Shown here: positions 46,068-62,607 of the stretch, in pieces
Numbering within the stretch: position 1 is the stretch's first letter
Layout of the letters: each line of letters starts with the position of its first letter
Assembly: GCF_009914755.1 (NCBI RefSeq)
Contig: NC_060932.1
DNA length: 64,000 nucleotides
From: the human T2T-CHM13v2.0 reference genome, Homo sapiens
Reading direction: 5' to 3' (one strand)
Program-made: the position numbers and the translations under genes
Notes under the pieces: generated by a model
The model's input: only the letters and a program-made list of their open reading frames with translations
What the model was told of the DNA's origin: nothing
The model's database searches: none

Positions 46068-47116
46068 CATTCTTTCCTTTTAAAACATTTTTCCTTCTTC
46101 CTGAATCCTGTCTTTTAGAAGCATCTTTAATGATGGTCTGTTGGTAGTAAACTCTGTTTTATCTGAAAATGTCATTTCACCTTTGATGTTAAAAGATAAT
46201 TTTGTTGGATACTCAATAGGTTCCTTCTCTCAATATTGAAGATGAACACCACAGTCTTCTGGCTTTCTCTGCTGCTGAGAAGGCAGCCGGCCGTCTGTAC
46301 TGCTGGCACTGCCCTGGATGACTTCTCTCCTACCTCTGATTGCTTTTAAAATCTTCTCTTGGTCTTTGGTGTTTTGGAGCTTTCCTATGATGTGTCTCCA
46401 CATGGATTTCTTTCATTTAACCTGTTTAAAATATACTGCGTTTCCATTACCTAGGGACTCAAATCTTTCATCAGTTACAAAATATCCTTCAGCCAACGGC
46501 TCTTCAAATACTGCCTCTTCTCCATTCTATTTTCCCCTTCTGGGGCTGAAATCAAATGTATCTTAAACTTTTGCATTCTATCCTCTGTGTCTCAATCAAC
46601 CTCTCTGTCACTTTCCCCGTCTTGTTAACTCTTGGCTGCATTCTTAAAAAATGTCTTCCAGTTCACAAAGTTTCTCTCAACTGTACATAATCTGACATTT
46701 AACCTATTGATTGGTCTCTTTCAAATCTTCCTGATCACTCCTGCTGATCTCTTGTTTTCTGCTCATCTTCATGTTCTTTTTCACTTTTTAAGTCCCTAGT
46801 ACCTCAATTTTCGAGACTTTTGAGTGTTCTGTAGCACAAACAGGATGAATCCTTAGCTTCCCTCACTGCCGACATGGAATCTGGCTTTCTCGGATCTGCT
46901 CAGTAAATGATCACTCACCCATCTGCTTCCCAGCTTCCAGAACTTCACTACTGTCTTCTCTCCCACTTCACCCATTCCCTGTGAGTCTGACTTTTTAAAA
47001 CATCACTTTGCTGTTCACTTAGCAAAGGCTTGGGAAAGAGTGACACTGCATTTGTTTTCACTCTGCCACCCTTACCTGGAAGCCAGTATGCTTTTTTTAA
47101 AAATTACCTTCGGCAC

Positions 47117-47511
<395 letters not shown>

Positions 47512-48325
47512 TTAAATCATCATCTGTTAACATTAACCATATTACAGGCACACCGCACAGATGTCTTCCTGGTCAACATTTCTTGGTAGAGCATCTTTTT
47601 ATTTTTGACAGTTTATAAGTTCACAAACCATATGATTCTTCCAATACGTATTCCTGTCAATGGTTGCCACGGTAAATTTTGTATTTACATCAAGAAACAA
47701 AACCAACATTTTAACAAAATGAAGTGCAGGGGAGAAAAAAAAAATCCTCAAGTTGCATTTCAGATACAAGTAGAAGACGCCACAATCACACACGTGGATG
47801 TGAGCAGAGCACGTGCTGCGTGGATGATGCTGACACAAACAGGCCTCTCAATGTCACCCTGGGAAAAGCAACAGTGAAAGCTTCACCTCGGCTGTCCAGT
47901 GTCAGGAAGCCGCATTTAAAACATTAACATCCTCACACAATAGCCTGTTTCTTGTATAAAGGGTGTTTGTTACACGGATGCTTTGTCTTAGGAAACTGGT
48001 TGCACTGACACAATAATTTACTGGCTTTTCCTATTTAACATGAAAAAGACAGCATTTTCATGCAAGACGTCTGGTTTTCAGGAATGGGTTACGGATGCAA
48101 GAACTACCCTTGCTCTCTGTAGAATATATTACAGGCGACATGCAGAAAATATGGAAAACCATTTCTGCCAAAAGCCAGATCGAGTAATCTATGCTATTTT
48201 AGAAGCTCCATGACACCAGGGATTGGCTAAACACAAACACGTTCAAACAAGCACCCACCTGTTTTTGGACTCTCGCGTGGCTCAGTTGCACACGGGGGAC
48301 TGACAGGGACAGTTTTCATGGCACA

Positions 48326-48695
48326 TGATGTGGTTTGGCTCTGTGTCCCCACCCAAATCTCATTTTGTAGCTCCCATAATTCCCACATGTTGGGGGAGCG
48401 ACCTGGTGGGAGATAATTGAATCATAGGGGTGGGTCTTTCCCATGCTGTTTTCGTGATAGTGAATGAGTCTCACGAGATCTGATGGTTTTAAAAATGGGA
48501 GTCTCCCTGCACAAGCTCTCCTCTTTGCCTGCTGCCATCCAGGTAAGACGTGACTTGCTCCTCCTTGCCTTGCACCATGATTGTGAGGCCTCCCCAGCCA
48601 TGTGGAACTGTGTAAGTCCATTAAACCCTTTTTCCTGTATAAATTACCCAGTCTCAGGTATGTTTTTATCAGCAGCTTGAAAACAGACTAATACA
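48326..48695 (+). mobile_element. THE1 (THE1B-like) solo LTR, 5-bp TSD GCACA
   Basis: TG...CA termini (TGATGTGGTTTGG...GACTAATACA); GCACA at 48321-48325 and 48696-48700. Confidence 0.95.
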
Positions 48696-48777
48696 GCACA
48701 CTTACAAAGCAACACTTCAATGTAGATTTAGCAGAAACAACAAAAAATGTCACAACACTGCAGTAAAGAAGTGTTTT

Positions 48778-48992
48778 CCCGATAAATACCCATTAGGTAT
48801 TAGATAAGCATCCCATAAAACATTGTTGAAAACGAAGCCGAGTTTTCGATTCACACAGTTGTCTGTTTTAACCTCTCTAAATCCCGATAAATAGCCATTA
48901 GGTATTAGATAAGCGTCCCACGAAACATTGTTGAAAACGAAGCCACGTTTTCCGATTCACACAGTTAGTTGTCTGTTTTAACCTCGCTAAAT
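48778..48992. repeat. 105-bp direct duplication
   Basis: CCCGATAAATA...TTAGGTATTAGATAAGC...TTTTAACCTC at 48778 and 48883. Confidence 0.92.
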
Positions 48993-49984
48993 GCTCTGTT
49001 CTAGTTGCTTTCATTTCATCAGACCCTAGTACATAGAAATCAACATTGTGAGGGTCCCACTCTTCATCTATATAGACATTACTCTATTTCTTATTTCCTA
49101 CAATAATAAAATGTACACTCAACTAGATATTTTTATTTCTCATCTGCCTGGGCCCATCCCAGCACCAGTTCTTGCAGAGGTGTTCCAGGAGGTGACATCT
49201 GAAAGCTTTCATCCACCATCCACCTGTTCTGCCACAGGATCACGGGGGGAAAGACCACACCGGCTTCTGGTTCTCAGGTTCTAGTCTATGACATCTGGGA
49301 CCCTGGGGCACCGGTCTCTGGCCCTCAAGGCACCAGAGGACGGGAAAGGAGAGGCAGACGCTATTAAATTCTTTATGGAATGAAAATTAACTCTTTATGT
49401 TGTATAACTGGCTGCTACAATCTGTCAAGCAGAAATGAGACAACATGGAGATGCAGACGCAGGCAGATGATGGGCTGGTAAAGCGAAGCTGACCACCAAG
49501 ACCCCACCATGCTCACATCGAGGAGGAATGCAGTGGCGCCCAGGTGGCCAACTCCCGAGGCAGGAGCTCAGGCAGGGCCCTGGCAGCACCACCTGACCTG
49601 TCTCCTGGCATCCCCTCAGCTCTCCTGCGTTCTGCCCATCACTCACCCCAGGACTCCATCCTCCCACACCCCTCAACTTCCAGCTTAGACTCAGCCTCTG
49701 TCGGCCTCCGCCAAAAGCAGAGCCTGAGACGAGGATGTGGCTTCATGGGCTCTATTTAGGAGGGGAGCTCGGGAAGAAGAAACGCAGACCCAGGATGCAC
49801 CCAAGCTCCTGCCACAGTCTGAGCTGGCCCCACAGGTACCCAAGAGTGTCCTCTGAAGCCAGTGCATTTACCCATCATGCAAGGAGAGGGGGACATCCCA
49901 TCACAGTGCAGCCACGAGGAGGAGGGGTACCTGCCACAAGCTCCGGGTGGGCCACTGCAGCCACCCACTACCTCATCCTTGGCC

Positions 49985-50134
49985 CCTCGGCATACCCACC
50001 TGCAAATCCAAACCTGGAGAGACAAAACTCTCAGAACCACACCCAGGCTACATAGATCTGTGAGCAACAGATGTATGTTGCTTTAAGAGGTTAAATCTGT
50101 GGTGGTTTGTTATGGCAGCAATAGAATACTAACA
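49985..50134 (+). mobile_element. MLT1 LTR 3' end
   Basis: TGTTGCTTTAAG...GGTGGTTTGTTATGGCAGCAATAGAATACTAACA. Confidence 0.7.
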
Positions 50135-50136
50135 CA

Positions 50137-51115
<979 letters not shown>

Positions 51116-51255
51116 AATTAACACCAAGGTCTTCCTCCTCCTCAGGAAGCTTCTGCTGTCAATGATCCCTTGTCTCTTCTGTAGAGTAGCCCTCCCCCTC
51201 CCCACCAGCCTTCCTGCCAGTATTTAACATGTTCTTATCTCCACCGTATTAAGAG

Positions 51256-51550
51256 ATGGTGTGGTGGCTCACGTTTGTAATTGTAGCACTTTGGGAGGCT
51301 GAGGTGAGTGGACTGCTTGAACTCAGGTGCTTGAGACCAGCCTGGGCAACATGGCAAAACCCTGTCTCTACAAAAAAATTGCCAGGCATGGTGGTGCACA
51401 CCTGCATTCTCAGCTACTTGGGAGGCCGAGTGGGAGGACTGCTTGAGCCCGGGAGGCAGAGGTTGCAGTGAGCTGTGATCATGCCACTGTACTTCAGCCT
51501 AGGCGACAGAGCCAGACCCAATCTCAAAAAGAAAAACAAAAGAAAAAAAT
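51256..51550 (+). mobile_element. AluJ
   Basis: AluJ diagnostics. Confidence 0.9.
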
Positions 51551-51954
51551 AATCACACAGAGAGACTGGTGCCCAGCTCTCTGCCCCTCCAGCCACCACT
51601 TTGGTTCTCACCCCGCATGTCCCCACAGTTCCTTTGACGAAGTGGCCTCCATCTCCTCACCTTCCCCTGGGACCTCAACTCTGATACTCTGGTCTATGCC
51701 TCCACTCGACTGAAATCTCCAGTGACTTCCAAGACACTAAACTGAATCCAGAGGATTGTACTCAATGTTACTAAAGGACCAAGACTTCTTAGACTCAACA
51801 ACCAAAGGACGTGTGATAGAAGAAAAACAAAGTACTGGGATTACATGCGTAACCACCATGCCTAGCTTGTCTTTTCATCTTCTTAATGGTGTATTTTGAA
51901 GCACAAAGGTTATGAATTTTGATAGAAAGTCTATTTTGCTATTGTTTTTCACCC

Positions 51955-52630
51955 AATAGGATGGCTAGGGAAAAAAAGAAAGGCAATGTTTTAAAAGGGA
52001 GAAAAAAAATAAGTCACACAAAAGTGTTGGCAAGAATGTGGAGAAACAAGAGCCCTCGTACACTGCAAGTAAGAACTCACTTTGGAAAACAGTTTGGCAA
52101 AAATCTACCACGTGACCCAGCAATTCCACTCCCAGGAATCTAGTCGGGAGACATGAAGTCACAAATGCACAGTGAGACCCGGACACGCACATTCCCGGCA
52201 GCACCATTCACAGGAGCCAAACACAGCACAGCCCCACGTTCACCACCAGACGATGGGGGAGAAAAGACGGTGGACCCACTCAATGCGATGCTTCAGCCAT
52301 AGAGAGGGATTGGCTCTAAGGCTAAAAGAGCCCTCCAGAAACCCTGGAGAAAGTGTTTTAAAAAACAAAAGAAAGCAGGCAACAAAGTCAGACACAAAAG
52401 ATGACATATTGTAGGATTCCATGTCCATGAAGTGACCAGGAGCGGCAGATCGGCAGAGATGGAGGCGGCTATGAGGCGGGGCTGGGCACAAAGCAGCAGC
52501 ATCTTCTAGGTGATGGAAATGCTCAACAGGAGGTGATGGCTGCACGACTCTACAAATTTACTAAAAACCATGGGATTATATACTTGAAATGAGTGAATTT
52601 TTTATATATAAATTATACCTCCATAATTGA
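51955..52630 (+). mobile_element. L1M 3' end
   Basis: AAGTGTTGGCAAGAATGTGGAGAAA...GACCCAGCAATTCCACTCC...GGTGATGGAAATG...TATAAATTATACCTC. Confidence 0.8.
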
Positions 52631-53436
52631 AACACTGCCAAATGCACGCCGGCTCGTGGCGGCACCCCTTCCGGCTTCCACCATGCATTTCTGAGCTCTG
52701 AGTCACTTGAAGCGGCATCCGAGGCCTTCTCTCACTACAGGCCCTTGGGAGCAGTGCAGTCTGCAGGACTTCATCATCAACCCAGGCCAAACCACGTCCC
52801 TGTCCGTGACTTCGCACCTGGCCTTTCAGCACCAGGTGTCTGCACAGCTCTTGGCTGCACCTGCACTCTGAGTCATTGCAGGCACCAAACCCAAGCCCTG
52901 TACCTTCACCCTACACCTGAGCCCCTTCCTCAGGAGCTGTGCTGCCTCCTCAGAACTCAATTTCATCTCATCAGACTCTGCCCCTAGCAGGTCCTCTGCT
53001 CCGTGCTGCCACACCCTGCCCAGTGCGCCCATTCAGGACAGAAGTCAGTCCTCGCAGGCTTGTCCCTGGGTGGCAGGTGACAGGCGCTGGGCCACGGCAG
53101 AGAGCACATGTCAACCGCAGTCCCCGTGTTATCCAGGAGGAAGCGAAGAAAACACTGGGCAGGTCCACAGTTAAACTGCAACTCTCTAACAAGAAGTGGG
53201 TCCTAAGCCTGGCTCTGCACAGCTCCAAAACCCCATCCCTCTCATACTCAGAGCTGCAGATGCCAGTGCAACCATGTGGAGAAGAAGCTGGATGAAGTCA
53301 CAGCCGTGAAACTCAGGCTGGAAGCTCTGGGACACTACATGAACTGAAGGCACGAGAAGTCCAGGTGTCAAGGAGAGGTTGGCCATGAGGTCAGATGCCC
53401 AGCTGGGAACCAGCCCTGGGACACCACGCTCTCAAT

Positions 53437-53672
53437 GATGGGCTCCATGAGGGCAGGGCCTCCCTGCCTCACTGTGGTCTCTCCCGGCAGAGTCACTGAT
53501 GGACTCCGTCAGGGCAGAGCCTCCCCGCCTCACTCTGGTCTCTCCCGGCAGAGTCACTGATGGTCTCCGTCAGGGCAGAGCCTCCCCGCCTCACTCTGGT
53601 CTCTCCTGGCAGAGTCACTGAAGGGCTCCATGAGGGCAGGGCCTCCCTGCCTCACTCTGGTCTCTCCCGGCA
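53437..53672. repeat. 61-bp tandem repeat x~4
   Basis: TCCC(T/C)GCCTCACTCTGGTCTCTCCCGGCAGAGTCACTGA, period 61. Confidence 0.92.
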
Positions 53673-55037
53673 CAGAGTCCCATGAATGTCATCATCCCAG
53701 ACGTGTTAGGAATGAAAGACATGACATGTAAAGTGCAAACATGAGGGATTCTTATCCTCTAGAAAAAACCATCCCCAAACCCAGACGTGCTCTCAGGAAG
53801 CAGAGCGATACACCTTGGATGGCAGAGGTTTATTTTGTGTGGAATCCCAACACTAAGGAAAGTCATAACCAAAGGGGCTGCCTGAGCGAGGCCAGGGCTG
53901 CAGGGGGAGCTGGGGGCAGCAGGGAGGACAGAGACACCTGCAGATGCTCCCGGATGGAGCTGGCCTTGCCTGGGTGCTGGTGCAAGGTATGCGGCAGCAA
54001 CACCATCTTTAGGATGTCACTGTGTAACAACAGGGTAACACCCAGATGGCCCAGCTGGCTCTGTGGCCGAGGCAGGATAGCTAGAGAAGGTAACCACATT
54101 GAACACACCACCACCTGACCAGCAACCACCTGCTGGGCGTCCCCCGGAGCTGCACTGGTCACCCCTCCCCACCGGTGGCACCAAATGTCCGCCAGCAAGG
54201 ACGGACACATCGCAAGCTTGGAGCCTGCTGGAGGAAGGGCACAGGCCACCGGAGGGGATGTGGATGTTCTCTCTGTGCAGACAGGGCAACAACCGCAAAC
54301 GTGTTCAACAGGGAAGAGCACGTATGGACCAGGCCAACAGGGGGCCCCAAACAGGAGTGAGAACAAGGGCGCCTGTGTTGTTTCATCGGCAATAAAAGTG
54401 GTACTGGGAGTTGGCAGGAACAGAGAGCGGGAGGGGAGGGAGTGAAACTTCGTAGCACATGCCTTCTTGGCTTCTGTTTGTTTTTAATCCTGTGAAAGTA
54501 TCGATAGCCAAAAAACTAAATTTTAAAAAATCACCAAAAAAAGTGTGGAGAAAATAGAAAGAAATGAGGAATAGCAGGGACACCAAAAGACAGGAGGCGA
54601 ATCGGCTGCCTCTGAGAACAACTGGGGTGGGCACAGGCTGGCGGGCATGGAAGCCTCGTCCTTTCTGCACCACCGCACAATGTTAGAGCTCTGCGCCTGG
54701 GCTACCTTCATTAAAAGTGAAGTTCCTTCTCAGAAACCTACCTGAAAGCCTTGATTCTCAGAAAACAACGCCTCTCTGAGCCAAGGGCATGGGAACCTGC
54801 AGGAGACAGCCTGGTCCTGGTGAGACCCTCGCTGGGCCCAGAGTCCAAGCGGGCCATGGCCCTGGCACTGCACGTGAGGAAACAAGGCCTTGGGTTTTTC
54901 TCCACCACACTTGCTGCAGACGAGGGTCCGGGACCAGACACGCCCAGAGGGCCCCAGTGCCCTGTGGTTGGGGTGGTGTTTCCTTCTGTCTCTCTCCCTG
55001 ATGGGGCACAGCTGGAGGCATCTGCTCTGCTCTGACC

Positions 55038-55339
55038 ATTTTTTTTTTTTTTTTTTTTTTGAGACAGAGTCTCGCTTTATAGCCAGGCTGGAGTACAACG
55101 ACACCATCTCGGCTCACTGCAAGCTCCGCCTCCTGGGTTCACACCATTCTCCTGCCTCAGCCTCCCGAGTAGCTGGGACTACAGCCACCCGCCACCATGC
55201 CCGGCTAATTTTTGTATTTTTCGTAGAGACGGGGTTTCACCATGTTAGCCAGGATGGTCTTGATCTCTTGACCTCATGATCCGCGTGCCTCAGCCTCCCA
55301 AACTGCTGGGATTACAGCCGTGAGCCACTGCGCCCGGCC
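55038..55339 (-). mobile_element. AluY-like with TSD TGCTCTGACC
   Basis: GCAAGCTCCGCC, CACCATTCTCC and TTAGCCAGGATGG diagnostics. Confidence 0.95.
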
Positions 55340-56059
55340 TGCTCTGACCCTTCTTAAAGCTCGAGCATGTGGCCCCAGTAAGAGCAGGGAAGGGACAAAC
55401 AGCCCATCCTCACATGAAACCCGCAGACTGCTGTGTCAAGGTGGCATCCCTGTTCTCACCCTCACTGTGCAGAGTCCCTGAGACTTCCCCACAGGCACCA
55501 TGGGCTTGAGTCCTGTGCTCACAATGTCCATGGCCCCAGAACATTCCCACAAGGAAAGGCTATCGGCAGCCTGCAGCCGCCCACCCTGCTGCCCACACTG
55601 CCCTGTGCACTGCTGTCAGCCACGCCTGAACAGAGACTCTCATTCTTCCTGAGGAAATGAAAACAAAACAGCAATGAAAACGACTTTACACCAGATCAGG
55701 TCAGGACCTTTGGTGGGTGAGGGAAGGAATGACCAATCCAAGACAAGAAATGCTCGGGAGCTGGGGGACAGTCCTGGAGACCAATGCAGAATGCAGAGAA
55801 AGCAAGACGCCGTGCCAGGGGAGGGCAGCTGGAAGCCATGCATGCGTCCACGGGGACCCCAAGAGAGGGAACCAGAGGGAACAATGGAGAACAGTGTTTC
55901 CAAGCAAAAGTGCACCCATGTGCCAAGTACTGTACATAAAATAAGTCCATATCCAGACTCATTGCCCTGAAGGACTAAAAGCTACCAGAGACAAAAGACT
56001 GGAGGGCTGAAAACATGTATAAATTCCTGGTACAATTTCTACAAAATGGTGGAGAGTCT

Positions 56060-56470
56060 AATTCTCCTTCCTCTAGCATAGGTGGCCCTAAAAACTCACT
56101 CCTGGCACACACAATGGGGGACCTGTGACCTCAGAGGTTGGGCTGGAAAAGGGGATAGAGCCTTCAGAGCCCTGAGCTGCCCTACCCTGAGGACACCATG
56201 CTATAACATCCACAAGATGGCACCAGCTGCTCCACGGCCCCAGCTGCTCCTCCAGGGCCCCAGCTGCTCTGATTTCCCCAGCAGAAGCCCCAGACATGCC
56301 AGTAAGATGGCTCATCCATAGCTCCTGTCTTGACTGTAGTCTCAGGAGACCCCATGCCAAGCTGCTCCTGAATTTCTGTTCCACAGAAACCAGGAGAGAG
56401 GATCATATACAACTATTTTAGGCCCCTACATTTTGGGGTAATTTGTTATCCAGCAAAAGTAACTGGAGCA
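56060..56470 (+). mobile_element. MLT1-type LTR remnant
   Basis: CCTGAATTTCTG...CACAGAAAC...TTTTGGGGTAATTTGTTATCCAGCAA. Confidence 0.65.
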
Positions 56471-57185
56471 ATCTCCCACAAGGAAACAAGAGCTGAAGTT
56501 GTATCCAATTGCAGCACTCACAGACCCTCACTACAGAACTACTGAAGGGCTCGTTCCAGAAAGAAAACAGCCTAGGAGGAAACCATACTGAGCAAGGGCG
56601 ATATCAGATATTGGAAACTCAATTTCTGGCTGTTTAAAAGCTTTTTATTCCGAAAGGTAGAGCAAGTTCCACTCAACAAGAACAACAACTGCCAAGGAGG
56701 GCTGCTCAGCCAGTGCCACTGTAGAGACGAGGCAAATGCAGAGCCAGCTCAACCCTAGCTTCCCAATGAATCTCTTGAGGAACTTTTAAAAACTCATTTT
56801 TTAAAGCTAGCTGAGCTGAATGACTTTGGGGCAAATAATGAAATTACGGCAGAAATCAAGAAGTTCCTTGAAACTAATGAGAACAATGATGCAGCATACC
56901 AGAATCTCTGGGACACAGCTAAAGCAGTGTTAAGAGGGAAATTCATAGCACTAAATGCCCACATCAGAAAGTTAGACAGACCTCAAATTAACAACCTAAC
57001 ATCACAACCGAAAGAATCAGAGGGCAAGAGCAAATCAATCCCAAAGCTAAAAAAAGACAAAAAAATAACCAAAATCAAAACTGACCTGAAGGAAATCGAG
57101 ACACAAAAATCCATTCAAAAGATCAATGAGCAGGAGTTGGCTTCTTGGAAAAATTAATAAGATAGATAGGCCACTAGCTAGACTA

Positions 57186-58383
<1,198 letters not shown>

Positions 58384-59492
58384 CTACCCGATGTACAAAG
58401 AAGAGCTGATACCATTCCTACTGAAACTATTCCAAAAAATTGAGGAGGAGGGATTCCTTCTCAACTCATTCAATGATGCCAGCATCATCCTGATACCAAA
58501 ACCTGGCAGAGGCACAACAACAAAAAATATATATATTCAGGCCAACATCCTTGATGCACATTGATGCAAAAATCCTCAAAAAAATACTTGCAAACTGAAT
58601 CCAGCAGCACATCAGAAAACTAATCCACCACAATCAAGCAGACTTCATCCCCGGGATATAAGGTTGGTTCAACATATGCAAATCAATAAATGTGATTCAT
58701 CAAATAAATAGGACTAAAGACAAAAACCACATGATTATCTCAATAGATGCAGAAAAGGGCTTCAATAAAATCCACAACTGCTCATGTTAAAAACTCTCAA
58801 TAAACCAAGTATTGAAGGAACATACCTCAAAATAATAAGGGCCATCTGTGACAAACCCACAGCTACATCATACTGAATGGTAAAAGCTGGAAGCATTCCC
58901 CTTGAAAACCAGCACAAGGATGCCCTCTCTCACCACTCCTATTAAACATAATATTGGAAGTCCTAGCCAGAGCAATCGGGCAAGATAAGGAAATAAAGGG
59001 CATCCAAATAGGGAGAGAGGAGGTCAAACTATCCCTGTTTGCAGATGACATGATTGTATATCTAGAAAACCCCATCGTCTCAGCCCAAAAGCTCTTTCAT
59101 CAAATGAAGCTGATAACTTCATCAAAGTTTCAGGATACAAAAATCAATGTCCAAAAAATCACTAGCATTCCTATACACCAACAACAGCCAAGTCGAGAGT
59201 CAAATCAGGAAGGCAATCCCATTCACAAATGCCACAAAAAGAATAAAATACCTAGGAATACAGCTAACCAGGGAGGTAAAAGATCTCTAAAATGAGAATT
59301 ACAAAACACTGCTCAAAGAAATCAGAGAAAACACAAACAAACAGAAAAACATCCCATACTCATGGATAGGAAGAATCGGTATCATTAAAATGGCCATAAT
59401 GTACAAAGAAATTTACAAATTCAATGCTATTCCTAACAAACTACCAACGACATTCTTCACAAAACTAGAAAAATAATTTTTAAATTCATATG

Positions 59493-59800
59493 CAGCCGGG
59501 CACAGTGGCTCACGCCTGTAATCCTAGCATGTTGGGAGGCTGAGGTGAGTGAATCACCTGAGGTCGGGAGTTTGTGACTAGCCTGGCCAACATGGTGAAA
59601 CCCCATCTCTACCAAAAACTCAAAAATTAGCTGGGCATGGTAGCACACACCTGTAATCTCAGCTACTTGGGAGGCTGAGTGAGGCAGGAGAATCACTTGA
59701 ACCTAGGAGGAGGAGGTTGCAGTGATCTGAGATCACATCACTGCACTCCAGCCTGGATGATAGAGAGACTCTGTCTCAAAAAAAAATTAAAAATAAATAC
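59493..59800 (+). mobile_element. AluSx-like with TSD ATTCATATG
   Basis: Full dimer inside L1 ORF2. Confidence 0.92.
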
Positions 59801-61088
59801 ATACATTCATATGGGACCACAAAAGAGTCCAAATAGATAAGGCAATCCTAAGCAAAAAGAAGCTGGAGGCATCATGTTACCTGACTTCAAATTATACTAC
59901 AGTGCTACAGTATCCAAAACAGAATGGTACTGGTACAAAAACAGGCACCAACGGAACGAATGGCAAACCCTTACACCATATACAAAAATCAACTCAAGAT
60001 GGATTAAAGACTTAAATGTAAAACCCAAAACTATAAAAACCCTGGAAGACAACCTAGGCAATACCATCCTAGACACAGGAATAGGAAAAGATTTCATAAC
60101 ACAGATACAAAAAGCAATGGCAACAAAAGCAAAAGTTGATAAATGAGATCAATAAATGAGCTTCTGCACAGCAAATGAAACTATCAACAGAGTAAACAGG
60201 CAACCTATAGAATGGGAGAAAATATTTGCAAGCTATGCATCTGACAAAGATCTAGCACTCCAGCCTGGGCGACAGTGCAAGACCCCGTCTCAAAAATAAA
60301 TAAATAAATAAATAATAAAAATAAAAAAGTAAAAAAATAACAGATGCTAGTGAGGTTGTGGAGAAAAGTGAACACTTAACACTGTTGGTGGGAATGTAAA
60401 TCAGTTCAACCATTGTGGAAAGCAGTATTCCTCAAAAAGCTAAAAGCAGAACTATCATTTGCCCAGCAATTCCATTATTGGGTATACACCCAGAGAAATA
60501 TAAATCATTCTACCATAAAGATACATGCACATGAATGTTCACTGCAGCACTATTCACAATAGCAAAGATATGGAATCAATCTACACGTCCATCAATGATA
60601 GATTGGATTTTTAAAATGTGGTACATAAACACCATAGAATACTATGCAGCCATAAAAAAGAATAAGACCATGTCCTTTGCAGGAACATGGATGGAGCTGG
60701 AGGCTATTCTCCTTAGCAAACTAACACAGGAACAAAAAACCAAATACCACATGTTCTCACTTGTAAGTGGGAGATAAATGATGAGAACTCATGAACACAA
60801 AGGAAACCAGCGGACACTAGGGTCTACCTGAGGGTGGAGGGTGGGGAGGAGGGAGGGAGAGGAGCATAAAGGATAACTACTGGGTACTGGGCTTAATACT
60901 TGGGTGATGAAATAATCTGTACAACAAACCCCCGTGACATGAGTTCACCTATGTAACAAACCTTCACATGTACCCCCCCGAATCTAAAATAAAAGTTAAA
61001 AAAAAAAGTAGCCAAGGAAAAGTCCAATTTATCAGGTTCTCAACGTGATTTTAATGTGCAGCCAAGGTTGAAAATTATTGAAATATGA

Positions 61089-61394
61089 GGCCGGGCGCAG
61101 TGGCTCACGCTTGTAATCCCAGCACTTTGGGAGGCTGAGGCGGGCAGATCACCTGAGGTCAGGAGTTTGACGCCAGCCTGATCAACATGGTGAAACCCAG
61201 TCTTGACTAAAAATACAAAATAGCTGGGCGTGGTGGCATGTGCCTGTAATCCCAGCTACTCAGGAGACTGAGGCAGGAATCCACAATCGCTTGAACCCGG
61301 GAAGTGGAGGTTGCAGTGAGCCAAGATCGTGCCACTGTACTACAGCCTGGGCAACAAGAGTGAAATTCTGTCTCAGAAAAATAAATAAAAGAAA
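61089..61394 (+). mobile_element. AluSp/Sq-like with TSD GAAAATTATTGAAATATGA
   Basis: Full dimer with a 19-bp flanking direct repeat. Confidence 0.95.
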
Positions 61395-61761
61395 ATTATT
61401 GAAATATGAAATAGAAACTCAGGCAAAACACACTAATAGGAAATCACAGAAACTACAAACAGTAAAAGGAACAGTCCATCAAGTTATAAACACGCACAAC
61501 ACCATGCCTGGCGTCTACCTGCCTGGGAGCTGCTGAAATGATGGAAAAAAGAGGCCCCTTCAATGGAAGCACAAGCTCCTCCACCTTCCCGTCAGGAACC
61601 TGCTTGCACGGAGAACCCCCACAAACACTGGCCATCAGAGACTCTGAAACACCCATGCCTCACCCTCTCGGTCTCATCAAACCTGCAGTTAAGACTCCCA
61701 TGCAGAAAACTGATCTAGAAAAATCGAAGGACCTTCCTTATGGTGGAGAGGGAGCCACAGC

Positions 61762-61947
61762 TCGGGTCATGACAGGGACTGGACTTGTCCTCCTGTTGGA
61801 ATAACTAGAAATTGTAATAACTATCAGGTCATGACAGGGACTGGACTTGTCCTCCTGTTGGAATAACTAGAAATTGTAATAACTATCGGGTCATGACAGG
61901 GACTGGACTTGTCCTCCTGTTGGAATAACTAGAAATTGTAATAACTA
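61762..61947. repeat. 62-bp tandem repeat x3
   Basis: TCATGACAGGGACTGGACTTGTCCTCCTGTTGGAATAACTAGAAATTGTAATAACTA at 61767, 61829 and 61891. Confidence 0.95.
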
Positions 61948-62295
61948 GAATGTGAAAGAACTGGCGCCGAAAAGGGAAACAAACAAGGTGAAACCCGCTC
62001 CCAGCCCGGCTCTGTGCAGGCACTTTCCAGACCACGCGGACAGAGCCGCGCCGTCTGCACGTGAGCACGGCTGTCTGGACTGCCGGACACGAGCACTGAA
62101 AGGAGGAGACAGTAGTGAACCCGAAGGTGGCAAATGGAATTATCCAAACTAAAGCCCAGTGGAAGATGAACACTGACCTACAGGACAACATGAAGCACCC
62201 CAACATATATATAACTGGAACCCTTTACCCAAAATAAAGGGAGAAGACAGTAAAAGTAGTTGAAAAAATAATGGTCAAAATTTTTCCAAATGTGA

Positions 62296-62581
62296 GGCCA
62301 GGCACAGTGGCTCACACTTGTAATCTCAGCACTTTTGGAGGCTGAGGCAAGTGGACTGCTTGAGCCCAGGAGTGTGGGACCAGCCTGGGCAACATGGCGA
62401 AACCCCATCTCTGCAAAACATACAAAAATTACCTGGGCATGGTGGCAGGTGCTTGGAGTCCCAGTTACTCGGGAGCTGAGGTGGGAGGATCAATTGACCC
62501 TGGGAGGTGGAGGCTGCAGTGATCTGTGATCACACTACTGCATTCCAGCCTGGATGACAGAACAAGACCCCGTCAAAAAAA
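62296..62581 (+). mobile_element. AluJ with TSD TTTTTCCAAAT, in a decayed L1 ORF1 remnant (~61950-64000)
   Basis: Alu dimer; flanks show ORF1-like GAAAAAATAATGGTCAAAATTTTTCCAAAT. Confidence 0.88.
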
Positions 62582-62607
62582 CTTTTTCCAAATTTGATGA
62601 AAACTGT

